A stretch of DNA of 38,217 nt. It comes from Christensenellaceae bacterium. Its GTDB lineage: Bacteria; Bacillota; Clostridia; Christensenellales; Christensenellaceae. The translations under genes were made by a program, and so were the position numbers. Below the pieces are notes generated by a model. The model was not told the origin of the DNA, searched no databases, and worked only from the letters and a program-made list of their open reading frames with translations. How positions within the stretch are numbered: the stretch's first letter is position 1; each line of letters begins with the position of its first letter. The stretch lies in the NCBI GenBank assembly GCA_048355355.1, contig DBGCIZ010000160.1, positions 1 through 38,217 on the forward strand, given 5' to 3'. Below, one piece after another: positions 15,311 to 23,660 of this stretch.

Positions 15311-16351
15311 ATGTTTCACCTGTTTTCAAACTGTCTGGGCATTGACCTTGGCACGGTTCAGACGACGATATATCAATGGGGAAAGGGAGTCGTAGTCAGC
15401 GAGCCCTCTGTGGTGGCGGTGAACGACGCCACAGGGCAGGTGGTGGCAGCCGGCCGGGAGGCGGGGCGCATGCTGGGCAGGACACCTTCGGGCATTACGG
15501 CCGTCCGTCCCTTGCGGGACGGGGTCATTGCGGATTTTTCCAACACGCAGCACATGCTGAAATATTTTATCAGAAAGGGGAGCGCGCCCAGCGTCTTTCG
15601 AGGTGCGAATGTGGTGATTGCCGTGCCCACGGCCATAACGGAGGTGGAGCGCCGCGCCGTAGAGGAGGCGGCCCGACAGGCAGGGGCCCGGGGGATTTAC
15701 CTCATCGACCAGCCGCTGGCGGCTGCCCTGGGAGCAGATTTGGATATTACCCAGCCCCGCGGCAGGATGGTGGTGGACATTGGCGGCGGAACCACGGAGG
15801 TGGCGGTGGTCTCCCTGGGGGGGACGGCGGTCAGGCAGTCCGTGAAAATCGGCGGCAATACCTTTGACCGGGATATTGCGGACTATGTAAGAAGAAAATA
15901 CAATATTTTTATCGGGGAGACCACGGCAGAGCAGATTAAAATTCAAATTGGCAGCGTCTTTGGCGGCGGGGAGCAGATGACCGTTAAAGGGCGGAGCCTG
16001 CTTTCGGGACTGCCGGCAGGAGTGCAGGTCGAGGCGGACGAGGTTTGCGCTGTGATGAAATCCGGCGTTGACAGAATGGTGGACGCCGTTCGCCAGACGC
16101 TGGAAAATACGCCGCCGGAGCTGGCGGCAGATATTGCGGTGGACGGCATTCTCATGACGGGGGGAACCTCCCAGCTGCGGGGGCTGGATAAGCTGATTTC
16201 CGCAGCGACGGGCATTGCCGCTGCCGTGACGGAATCGCCAACGTGGGACGTGGCAAAGGGAGCCGGAAAGATGGCGGAAAAGATGTTTAAGGAGCGGCGC
16301 GGCCTGCCCAGAGAGGAAGAGCGGGAGTATGGCCTGGCCCAGAGCGAATAG
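15311..16351 (+). CDS. mreB: Rod-shape-determining protein MreB
   Basis: Trimmed to ATG 15311 with SD AAGGAG. Length is 346 aa. It has the actin-fold motifs GIDLGT, DGVIADF and VVDIGGGTTEVAV. Confidence 0.9.
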   Translation: MFHLFSNCLGIDLGTVQTTIYQWGKGVVVSEPSVVAVNDATGQVVAAGREAGRMLGRTPSGITAVRPLRDGVIADFSNTQHMLKYFIRKGSAPSVFRGANVVIAVPTAITEVERRAVEEAARQAGARGIYLIDQPLAAALGADLDITQPRGRMVVDIGGGTTEVAVVSLGGTAVRQSVKIGGNTFDRDIADYVRRKYNIFIGETTAEQIKIQIGSVFGGGEQMTVKGRSLLSGLPAGVQVEADEVCAVMKSGVDRMVDAVRQTLENTPPELAADIAVDGILMTGGTSQLRGLDKLISAATGIAAAVTESPTWDVAKGAGKMAEKMFKERRGLPREEEREYGLAQSE

Positions 16352-16365
16352 CACGAAAAACAGGG

Positions 16366-16391
16366 AAGCCGGCAGCAAATGCCGGCTTTTT
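16366..16391 (+). terminator. Rho-independent terminator after mreB
   Basis: AAGCCGGCA, loop GCAAA, TGCCGGCTT, then TTTC. Confidence 0.8.
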
Positions 16392-16436
16392 CATCTTTAA
16401 GAATCTGTAAACATTAGTCATAATAATGTAAAACAC

Positions 16437-16466
16437 TTGGAAAGTGAATTGGAGATATGCTATAAT
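16437..16466 (+). promoter_or_regulatory. SigmaA-type promoter for mreC-mreD-PBP2
   Basis: TTGGAA, 18 nt, TGc-TATAAT (16461-16466). Confidence 0.6.
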
Positions 16467-16514
16467 AACATCTACGCAGACAACGCGTGAAATTGTGCGA
16501 AAAGAGGTATTGGG

Positions 16515-17348
16515 ATGTCTTTTTGGAGGAACCGTCCCCTAATTATCACGATTGTTCTCATATTAATCCTGATTTTGCTGCTGTTTTTGACATCCGGCAG
16601 GGCGGCGGACGGCGCCACCAGCGTAATCGGCAGGCTCATTGCCCCAGTGCAGGACGGGATGTATAGCGCGGGAGAGGAGATATCCTCCTTTTTCCAGCGG
16701 GTTTTTGCCTCCGGCGATTTGGCGGAGGAAAATGCCCAGCTGCGGGAGGAAATTGCCAGCCTGGAGGGCCAGTTGCGGGACTATAACGAGGTCGTTGCGG
16801 AAAACCAGCGCCTTTCTGAGCTGCTTAACATGTGGGATACCGTTTCGGATTACGAGGTGGTGACGGCGAAGGTAATTGGAAAGACGCCTGGCCAGTGGTT
16901 TACGGAGTTCACGATTAATGTAGGCTCAGACGACGGCATTGAGAAGGACATGATTGTCCTGACGGCGGACGGTCTCATGGGCAGGGTCGTCTCGGTCACC
17001 AATACCTATAGCCGCGTATCCTCCTTCCTGGATGAAACCAGCGGCGTTCCCTGCCTGATTGAGCGGACCAGGGACAATGGCATTGTGATGGCCACGGGCA
17101 ATGAGGATAATGAGGAGGAGATGCTCCAGGTCAGCTATCTGCGCATGGATGCGGACGTAGTGCCGGGGGATACGGTCATTACCTCCGGGGTCGGGGGGAT
17201 TTTCCCCAAGGGCTACGTCATTGGCACGGTGACAGAGGTAGGCACGGAGTCTGGTACGGAAAAGACCGTGTATCTGCAAAGCGCCGTGGATTTTGAGCAT
17301 GTGGAAGAGGTCATGGTGGTTTGCCATGTGTTTGAGGAGACCGAGTAG
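16515..17348 (+). CDS. mreC: Rod-shape-determining protein MreC
   Basis: 277 aa. It has an N-terminal TM helix, a coiled-coil (ENAQLREEIASLEGQLRDY..ENQRLSELL) and a beta-rich C-terminal domain. It sits between mreB and mreD. Confidence 0.85.
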   Translation: MSFWRNRPLIITIVLILILILLLFLTSGRAADGATSVIGRLIAPVQDGMYSAGEEISSFFQRVFASGDLAEENAQLREEIASLEGQLRDYNEVVAENQRLSELLNMWDTVSDYEVVTAKVIGKTPGQWFTEFTINVGSDDGIEKDMIVLTADGLMGRVVSVTNTYSRVSSFLDETSGVPCLIERTRDNGIVMATGNEDNEEEMLQVSYLRMDADVVPGDTVITSGVGGIFPKGYVIGTVTEVGTESGTEKTVYLQSAVDFEHVEEVMVVCHVFEETE

Positions 17349-17876
17349 ATGAGATATGTGGTTTTGTTTGTCATGGCGATGCTTTCGGTTATCCTGCAAT
17401 GCAGCGTGTTTACCACGATGCCGCTCTTTGGCGTGCAGCTGGATTTGGTTTTGCTGCTAATGGCCGGGCTGATTATGGCGGAAAAAACCATGACGCCCCT
17501 TTACTATTTTGTGCTATGCGCGCTTTATATGGACGTTTTATTCGCCGAGGCAATCGGCTATTATACGCTGCCTTACGCAGTGGCGGGGTTGTTTGTCTAT
17601 TTGGTGGCCCGCCGGGTAGGCAGCCAGTTTAAGCTGTGGCTGGCGCCCCTGCTGACGGGGCTGGCCTGGATTGTGAAGGAGCTTGTGGGCGCGTTTATTG
17701 CCGCATGCTTTGGCTATCGGTTTGACTTTTTGAGCATTTTGCTATCCAACACGCTGCTGGGCGCGCTCATTATGGCGGCGCTGGGCTTTTTGGTCTATCT
17801 TCTGATGAGAAAGCTCTGCTCTGCCAACTTTATGCGCCCGCGGACAGCCGTGTTTGCAGACGAACGAAAGCTTTAA
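17349..17876 (+). CDS. mreD: Rod-shape-determining protein MreD
   Basis: 175-aa polytopic membrane protein. Its ATG immediately follows the mreC stop codon. Confidence 0.75.
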   Translation: MRYVVLFVMAMLSVILQCSVFTTMPLFGVQLDLVLLLMAGLIMAEKTMTPLYYFVLCALYMDVLFAEAIGYYTLPYAVAGLFVYLVARRVGSQFKLWLAPLLTGLAWIVKELVGAFIAACFGYRFDFLSILLSNTLLGALIMAALGFLVYLLMRKLCSANFMRPRTAVFADERKL

Positions 17877-17886
17877 GGGGAGAGGC

Positions 17887-20616
17887 ATGGTTAAGGAAAA
17901 GGGACGCTATATTACAATTGCATGCCTGATGCTGGGAATGTTTCTCGTGCTGATTATCCAGCTCTATTCCCTCTGCACAAGCGGGCAGGAGGAGACGGCC
18001 GGCAGCACGTCCTCCAGCAGCCAGCGCACCGTCTCTACCACCGGCGCGAGGGGCTCGATTTTAGATGCCAACGGCGTGCTTCTGGCCTATGATGTCAGCA
18101 GCTATAACGTAACGTTTTATAAGGACCCGGCAAACAACGCCTCCAGCGACCGGGCCAAATATACGCAGATTATCCGGGACACCATTGAGCTGGTGGAGGC
18201 CAATGGGGGCACCACCATCAATACTTTTATGATTTACCGGCAAGACGACGGCACCTTTACCTACGATTTGAGCGAGGATTTGACGGAGGCCGACCGGGAG
18301 GAGCGCATTGCCAGCTGGCGGGAAAACATGCAGATATCGGATTCCTCCGAGACGCCGGAGGAGGTCTATAACGAACTGCGGCTGAAGTACAGGATCCCGG
18401 AGGAGGTGGAGTACGAGGAGGCGGTGAAGATTCTTTCTATCTGGCAGGAATCTCAGCTGATGACCTACCGCTCCTATATCCCCGTGACCATTGCGTATAA
18501 CGTGGATTTCAACACGGTGGCAGAGATTCAGAGCAGGGCCTATGAGCTGACCGGCATGGATATTGAGGAGAGCAGCACCCGAGTCTATCCCCAGCAGGAT
18601 ACGGCCTCCCACGTGATTGGCTATCTGGGGCGCATCACCACAGACGACGAGGTGACGGAATACGTAGACGAAAAGGGCTATTCGCCCGACGATTCCGTCG
18701 GCAAGGTGGGCATCGAGGCCTCGATGGAGGATTACCTGACCGGCTCCAGCGCGGAAAGACAGGGCGAAAAGACCGTAGAGCTGGACTATAGCGGCTCGAT
18801 TGTCTCAGAGGATGTGACCAAGGCGGCAGAAAAGGGCGACAACGTCATCCTGAACCTGGATTTGGAGCTGCAGCAGGTGGTGGAAGAGGCGCTGGCAGAT
18901 AATATTGCCCAGGGCAGAGCCCAACAGCAGCTGGACTACGAGGCGAATAAGGAGGAGTTTGACGAGCTTCTGGCAAACCGCTCCAACAAGGAAATCAACT
19001 GGCTGAAGTCTGGGGCTGCCATCGTTATGGATGTAGATACAGGGGACGTGCTGGCCCTGGCCAGCTACCCCACCTATGATTTGAACCTGTTTACCGGCGG
19101 CATTTCCGACGAGGATTATCAGGCGCTGGTGGAGGATGATGCAAACCCGCTCTTTAACAACGCCATTGCATCTCGGGCTGCGCCGGGCTCTGTATTTAAG
19201 ATGATTACGGCCACGGCGGGGCTGATGGAGGGCGCCATAACCCTGGATACCGTCATAGACGACCAGGGCCCCTATATGGAGCACGACATCGTCCAGGAGG
19301 GCGCCAGAGCGCCGGAGTGCTGGACCAGCTATCCCAGCAGACATGCCGGCGGCCAGACCGTCGTAGAGGCGATTAGAAACAGCTGCAACTACTTCTTCTA
19401 CGAGGTAGCCTACCGGCTGGGCATTGACAAAATCAACGAGTGGGCCGATAACTTTGGCGTCACCTCTCTTACCGGCATTGAGCTGCCGGGGGAGGTTGCC
19501 GGCTTTGTGGGCAGCCAAGAGGCTCTTTACGACAATACAAAGCCCCTGAGCGAGCAGAAGACCTATCGGGCCCAGCTGGTGTTTAACGCAGTGAAGGATT
19601 TGCTGGTGGAATACGGTCAGGAGCGACAGGTGGAATATACCGAGGAGCAACTGGATGCTGCCGCCCAGCGCATTATTGAGGTGGCAGGAGAGGGCGATCT
19701 GAGCCAGCTGGGTGAGCCTATCCGCCGGATTCTCAGCGACGAGCTGGACATTCCTGAGCAGATTTCAAGAACCAGAGGCTGGTATGCGGAAATCGTAGAC
19801 GTAGTCAGAGAGCTGATTTGGACGGATGTTGACACGCTGACCACAGGCATCGGCTCTGAGCCGACTCAGCTGACCCCCATTGCCGTGTGCCGGTACATCT
19901 GCGCGCTGGTTAACGGCGGCAAGGTGCTGGAGCCACACTTGGTTGACAGGATTGTCGATGCTAACGGCGAGGTCGTAAAAGAGGTGGAGCCGGTGGTGGT
20001 CAACGAGCTGAACATTCCCCAGGAATATGTGGATGCCATCATGGAAGGCATGAGCCAGGTGGTCTCCGACGAGGCAGGCGGCACGGCAGGGTCCTACTTC
20101 CGGGATTTTGAGTATAGCGACCAGATTGCCGGCAAGACGGGCACGGCCCCTGTTTCCACTATCAGTATTGAGGATAACGTCTGGCTGGCAATCGTAGCGC
20201 CGAGAGAGGACCCGGAGATTGCCCTGGTGGTCTATCTGCCCAACGGCCTTTCTACCAATGTCAACGCATACCCGACGGCTATCGCCATCCTGGAATACTA
20301 TTTTGCCAATATGTATCAGGGTGATGCGGAGGGAGACGGCGAAACTACGCCGGAAGAGACCACAGGGCCGACGGAGGGCACGATTATGGATATGCCGGCA
20401 GAGGATGCTGGCGCTACGAGCGAGGCAGACCCCAGCGTGACCCTTGCCCCGGTGGACGGCACAACAGATGGAGCGACCCAGTCCACAGAGCCTATAAGCA
20501 GCCAGCCACCCGACGATGGCGGCTCCGATGCGACGCCTACGCCGCAGGCCAGCGATAGTAGCACTCCGGCGCCGACGCGAACGCCGAGCCCGGTGGATAT
20601 CACCTATCTGGAATGA
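17887..20616 (+). CDS. Class B penicillin-binding protein (PBP2/MrdA-like) with a long low-complexity C-terminal tail
   Basis: Trimmed to ATG 17887. Length is 909 aa. It has an N-terminal TM helix and the transpeptidase motifs SVFK (SxxK), SCN (SxN) and KTGT. The last ~110 aa are rich in T/P/S/D/E/G. Confidence 0.85.
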   Translation: MVKEKGRYITIACLMLGMFLVLIIQLYSLCTSGQEETAGSTSSSSQRTVSTTGARGSILDANGVLLAYDVSSYNVTFYKDPANNASSDRAKYTQIIRDTIELVEANGGTTINTFMIYRQDDGTFTYDLSEDLTEADREERIASWRENMQISDSSETPEEVYNELRLKYRIPEEVEYEEAVKILSIWQESQLMTYRSYIPVTIAYNVDFNTVAEIQSRAYELTGMDIEESSTRVYPQQDTASHVIGYLGRITTDDEVTEYVDEKGYSPDDSVGKVGIEASMEDYLTGSSAERQGEKTVELDYSGSIVSEDVTKAAEKGDNVILNLDLELQQVVEEALADNIAQGRAQQQLDYEANKEEFDELLANRSNKEINWLKSGAAIVMDVDTGDVLALASYPTYDLNLFTGGISDEDYQALVEDDANPLFNNAIASRAAPGSVFKMITATAGLMEGAITLDTVIDDQGPYMEHDIVQEGARAPECWTSYPSRHAGGQTVVEAIRNSCNYFFYEVAYRLGIDKINEWADNFGVTSLTGIELPGEVAGFVGSQEALYDNTKPLSEQKTYRAQLVFNAVKDLLVEYGQERQVEYTEEQLDAAAQRIIEVAGEGDLSQLGEPIRRILSDELDIPEQISRTRGWYAEIVDVVRELIWTDVDTLTTGIGSEPTQLTPIAVCRYICALVNGGKVLEPHLVDRIVDANGEVVKEVEPVVVNELNIPQEYVDAIMEGMSQVVSDEAGGTAGSYFRDFEYSDQIAGKTGTAPVSTISIEDNVWLAIVAPREDPEIALVVYLPNGLSTNVNAYPTAIAILEYYFANMYQGDAEGDGETTPEETTGPTEGTIMDMPAEDAGATSEADPSVTLAPVDGTTDGATQSTEPISSQPPDDGGSDATPTPQASDSSTPAPTRTPSPVDITYLE

Positions 20617-20650
20617 AAAAAGCCATGGGCAGCTGGCCCATGGTTTTTTT
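20616..20650. terminator. Bidirectional rho-independent terminator
   Basis: CCATGGGC (20623-20630) pairs with GCCCATGG (20636-20643). It is flanked by A6 upstream and T7 downstream, between two convergent genes. Confidence 0.9.
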
Positions 20651-20662
20651 CTGCGCGAAGTG

Positions 20663-21550
20663 CTATTCCCCGAGAAGGGCAGCCTCCACCGTTTCAAAGC
20701 CAATGCGCGCAATGGTCTGGGCGAAGCGCTCGCCAGGCTGGCCATTATCCCGATAGAAGAAGAGGGCGCGCTCCAGAACGGCAAGGGCTTCCTCTCTGGA
20801 GGCAAAAATCTTCCGAAGGGGAATGCCGTGAGAGATGTGCTTCCCCCATCTGCCGCCAATGTAGATTTTGTAGCCAGTGAGCCCGCCAGTTACGGCGCCG
20901 AAGGGACATTTCCCGGCGCAGAGGCCGCAGTTGAGGCATTTTTCCCGGTCGATCGCCAACTTGCCATCCTTGAGAAGGGCAGCCTGGACGGGGCAGAGCT
21001 TTTCAATGGCGCATTTCTTGCAGCCACGGCAGGCAGCCTCGTCAAAACCGGGGACCAGCTGGCCGATGATGCCAACGTCGTTCAAATTGGGCTTGACGCA
21101 GTTGTTAGGGCAGCCGCCCACTGCGATTTTAAACTTGTGGGGCAGCTTTACGTCCCCATAGCCCTTGTAGAACCTTTGGTGAATTTCCTCCGAGAGGGAG
21201 AAGGCGTCGATGAGGCCATAGCGGCAGGTCGTCCCCTTGCAGCAGACCACCGGCCTGACCTTGGCCCCGGTGCCGCCGGTCTCCAGCCCGGCCTGCCCGA
21301 TAAAGGCCCGAAAGGCCTCAATGTTCTCGTAAGGGACGCCAGGGATTTCAATGGTCATGCGTCCCGTCATGGTGACGGTGCCGTTTCCGAAGCGCTCCGC
21401 TGCCTCGGAAATACATCTCGCCTGCTCCGCCGTAATTTTACCGTTCGTGGTGATAATGCGGGCAGAAAAACAGTCCGTGCCCCGGTTTCTTAAAAAGCCC
21501 AGGCCCTTGACCCTCTTTTCGTCCTCTGCGCCTACCTTTAAATCTGCCAT
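20663..21550 (-). CDS. Sulfite/nitrite-reductase-like siroheme [4Fe-4S] protein with an inserted ferredoxin domain (AsrC-like)
   Basis: Trimmed to ATG 21550 (MADLKVGAEDEKRVKGLGF...). Length is 295 aa. It has the coupling-cysteine pattern CCKGTTC...GGCPNNC plus two ferredoxin motifs, CRGCKKCAIEKLCP and CLNCGLCAGKCP. Confidence 0.7.
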   Translation of the reverse strand: MADLKVGAEDEKRVKGLGFLRNRGTDCFSARIITTNGKITAEQARCISEAAERFGNGTVTMTGRMTIEIPGVPYENIEAFRAFIGQAGLETGGTGAKVRPVVCCKGTTCRYGLIDAFSLSEEIHQRFYKGYGDVKLPHKFKIAVGGCPNNCVKPNLNDVGIIGQLVPGFDEAACRGCKKCAIEKLCPVQAALLKDGKLAIDREKCLNCGLCAGKCPFGAVTGGLTGYKIYIGGRWGKHISHGIPLRKIFASREEALAVLERALFFYRDNGQPGERFAQTIARIGFETVEAALLGE

Positions 21551-21586
21551 GTCATAAACCCTTCTTTCCTGAATTTTCAATCGTTG

Positions 21587-21615
21587 TTTACATTATAGCA
21601 CTCCTATGATATATT
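21587..21615 (+). promoter_or_regulatory. SigmaA-type promoter for the LysR gene, overlapping the divergent -10 box
   Basis: TTTACA (21587-21592), 17 nt, TGa-TATATT (21610-21615). On the minus strand, TGc-TATAAT (21600-21592) would serve the reductase-like gene. Confidence 0.6.
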
Positions 21616-21628
21616 TAAAAATATAATT

Positions 21629-21640
21629 ATCTTATAAGAT
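21629..21640. promoter_or_regulatory. Perfect 12-bp palindrome in the LysR/reductase intergenic region
   Basis: ATCTTATAAGAT. It lies 18 nt upstream of the LysR ATG and about 45-55 nt upstream of the predicted start of the divergent transcript. Confidence 0.5.
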
Positions 21641-21657
21641 TGATAGGTAAAACCAAT

Positions 21658-22554
21658 ATGGATATCAGGCATCTGCGGATTTTTTTAGACGTAATCGAGA
21701 CGGGCAGGATGAGCGGCGCGGCCCGCAAGAACTATATCTCTCAGCCTACTGTGAGCCAGGTAGTGCGGGAACTGGAGGAGTATTACGGCGTCCGGCTCTT
21801 TGAGCGCCTGGCCAAAAAGCTGTTTCTGACCCCGGCGGGGCAGGAGCTGGCCACCCGGGCCAGAATCGTAGTCAGCCAGTTTGACGCCATGGATAAAAGC
21901 ATGCGGGAGGAGCAGGGCAGGCAGCAGCTTCGCCTGGGGGCCACCAGGACGGTGGGCTATGCCATTCTGCCCGGGCTGGTGAACGACCTGCGCGCCAGGG
22001 GAATAGACGTGTTTGCCTATATGGATAACACCAGCGTTATGGAGAGGAAGCTGCTGCTTTCTGAGCTGGATGCGGCCCTGGTAGAGGGGACGGTGAAGAG
22101 CCAGGAGCTTATCGTGCGGCCGGTGATGGCGGATAGGCTGGTCATGGTCTGCGGCAGGAGGCATCCCTTTTACGGCAGGGAGACAGTCCACGCCCAGGAG
22201 CTGAAGGGCATGGAATTTGCCATGCGGGAGCAGGGCAGCGGCACGCGGGAGCTGTTTGAGGCCTTTTTGGAGCGAAGAGGCATTGGCGTCAAGGCATGCT
22301 GCGAGGCAGGGGGATCCGACCTGGTGAAGCGGGCCGTGGTGGAAAATGGATATCTGGCGGTGATTTCCGAGCGGCTTATCGAGGAGGGGGACGACCTGTG
22401 CCTTTGGGAGCACGGGGAATGGGGCAGGTATTTTTCTCTGATTTATCATAAGGATAAGTATGTAGACCAAAACATGGAGGCTCTGCTGCAATGGGCGGAG
22501 AGCTGGCAGGAGCAGGCCCCGGAGCGGCGGAGCAGGGGCAGGCTGCTGGGTTAA
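21658..22554 (+). CDS. LysR-family transcriptional regulator
   Basis: Trimmed to ATG 21658. Length is 298 aa. The N-terminal wHTH is MDIRHLRIFLDVIETGRMSGAARKNYISQPTVSQVVRELEE. It is transcribed divergently from the reductase-like gene. Confidence 0.9.
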   Translation: MDIRHLRIFLDVIETGRMSGAARKNYISQPTVSQVVRELEEYYGVRLFERLAKKLFLTPAGQELATRARIVVSQFDAMDKSMREEQGRQQLRLGATRTVGYAILPGLVNDLRARGIDVFAYMDNTSVMERKLLLSELDAALVEGTVKSQELIVRPVMADRLVMVCGRRHPFYGRETVHAQELKGMEFAMREQGSGTRELFEAFLERRGIGVKACCEAGGSDLVKRAVVENGYLAVISERLIEEGDDLCLWEHGEWGRYFSLIYHKDKYVDQNMEALLQWAESWQEQAPERRSRGRLLG

Positions 22555-22568
22555 AAGGAGGGAAGCGC

Positions 22569-22934
22569 ATGGAGCTGGAATGGATGAAGGGGGAGTTCAC
22601 CGTCTGCAAGCTGGAAAATCCGGCCCAGGTGGACTGGACAGAGGAGGTTTTATTTTTGGGCAAGACAGACCGGGAGCTTTCCCTGGTATGCAGGCCCCAG
22701 GCAGCGCCCGTGAACTGCCTGGCCAGAGAGGATGGCTGGATGGCCTTCCGCGTGGCGGGCGCCCTGGACTTTAGCCTGGTAGGCATCCTGGCCGAGCTGG
22801 CCAGCCTGATGGCCCGGGCGGGCATTGGCATCTTCGCCCTATCTACCTATGATACGGATTATATTTTGCTGAAAAAGGAAAATGCCCAGCGGGCAGGGGC
22901 TCTGCTGGAGCGGGCGGGGCACCGGTTTTTGTGA
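22569..22934 (+). CDS. Small ACT-domain-like protein
   Basis: Trimmed to ATG 22569 with SD AAGGAGG. Length is 121 aa. The motifs ..FTVCKL....LSLVC....W.AFRV.G.LDFSLVGILA.L...LA.AGI.IFA.STYDTDYILL match the small ACT_7-type proteins. Confidence 0.6.
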   Translation: MELEWMKGEFTVCKLENPAQVDWTEEVLFLGKTDRELSLVCRPQAAPVNCLAREDGWMAFRVAGALDFSLVGILAELASLMARAGIGIFALSTYDTDYILLKKENAQRAGALLERAGHRFL

Positions 22935-22935
22935 A

Positions 22936-22966
22936 TAAAAAAGCAGGGCCCCATGGGGCGCCCTGC
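22936..22966 (-). terminator. Rho-independent terminator after the ferredoxin gene
   Basis: GCAGGGC (22943-22949) pairs with GCCCTGC (22960-22966), with extra inner pairing. On the minus strand TTTTTTATT follows the hairpin. Confidence 0.8.
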
Positions 22967-22973
22967 AAGGGAG

Positions 22974-23360
22974 CTAGCTCTCCTTAATCTCCAAAATCTG
23001 CTTGGGACATGCCCGGACGCAGAGGCCGCAGGCCGTGCATTTAGAGGGCGGCGCATCGTCGTTCTTTACAATGACGCCAAAGGGACATACCTCGGCGCAC
23101 TTGCCGCACTGGGTGCAGAGCTTTTTGTTAATCATATACACGCCCTTAGCATTTTGGGTAATGGCGCCGCTTTCGCATACCTTGGCGCATTTGCCGCACT
23201 GAGGACATACCTGCACCTTGGGCACGCCGGCCTTGCCCTCCAAAATATGGATGCAGGATTTGTCTGGATTAAACTGTTTATAGAATCCCTCCGAGCACGC
23301 GACAACGCAGGCGAGACATGCGGCGCATCCGTTCTTATCGGTCACTGTCAATTTTCTCAT
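22974..23360 (-). CDS. 4Fe-4S poly-ferredoxin (four CxxCxxCxxxC motifs)
   Basis: Trimmed to ATG 23360 (MRKLTVTDKNG...). Length is 128 aa. The motifs are CAACLACVVAC, CPQCGKCAKVC, CTQCGKCAEVCP and CTACGLCVRACP. Confidence 0.85.
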   Translation of the reverse strand: MRKLTVTDKNGCAACLACVVACSEGFYKQFNPDKSCIHILEGKAGVPKVQVCPQCGKCAKVCESGAITQNAKGVYMINKKLCTQCGKCAEVCPFGVIVKNDDAPPSKCTACGLCVRACPKQILEIKES

Positions 23361-23420
23361 AGGATTTCCCCCTGAATCATGATACTTACTCGCACTTCTG
23401 TGAAAGTATACGCTAGGGTC

Positions 23421-23449
23421 ATTATAACGTTTCTCGAGGGGCATGTCAA
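23421..23449 (-). promoter_or_regulatory. Consensus sigmaA promoter for the ferredoxin gene
   Basis: On the minus strand, TTGACA, 17 nt, TATAAT. Both hexamers are perfect. Confidence 0.8.
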
Positions 23450-23596
23450 TCATGAGAACTATTTCTAAGGAAGAACAGGGGCGATTCTTTTCAAAATAGG
23501 GCTCCGTGGGAAAAGAGACAGCCGGGAGGGTGCTTCCCTCTACGCGACAGGGGGAAGCGCTGCATGGGAATTTTGCGGTTAGACAGATATTGATAC

Positions 23597-23625
23597 TTTA
23601 AAAATCATATCTTTTACGGTAAAAT
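23597..23625 (+). promoter_or_regulatory. Candidate promoter for the Tim44-like/SPFH pair
   Basis: TTTAAA (23597-23602), 17 nt, TAAAAT (23620-23625). Confidence 0.45.
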
Positions 23626-23660
23626 AAAGTAAGAAAGAAAGCAAACACGGGGGTTTTTTT

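Noticed and set aside
23461-23580. GC-rich segment with competing short hairpins (GAGGG..CCCTC and CTTCCC..GGGGAAG) between the divergent ferredoxin and Tim44-like promoters.
   Set aside because: It lies upstream of both predicted -35 boxes, so it is probably not transcribed. The stems are short (5-7 bp) and imperfect. There is no evidence for an RNA element.
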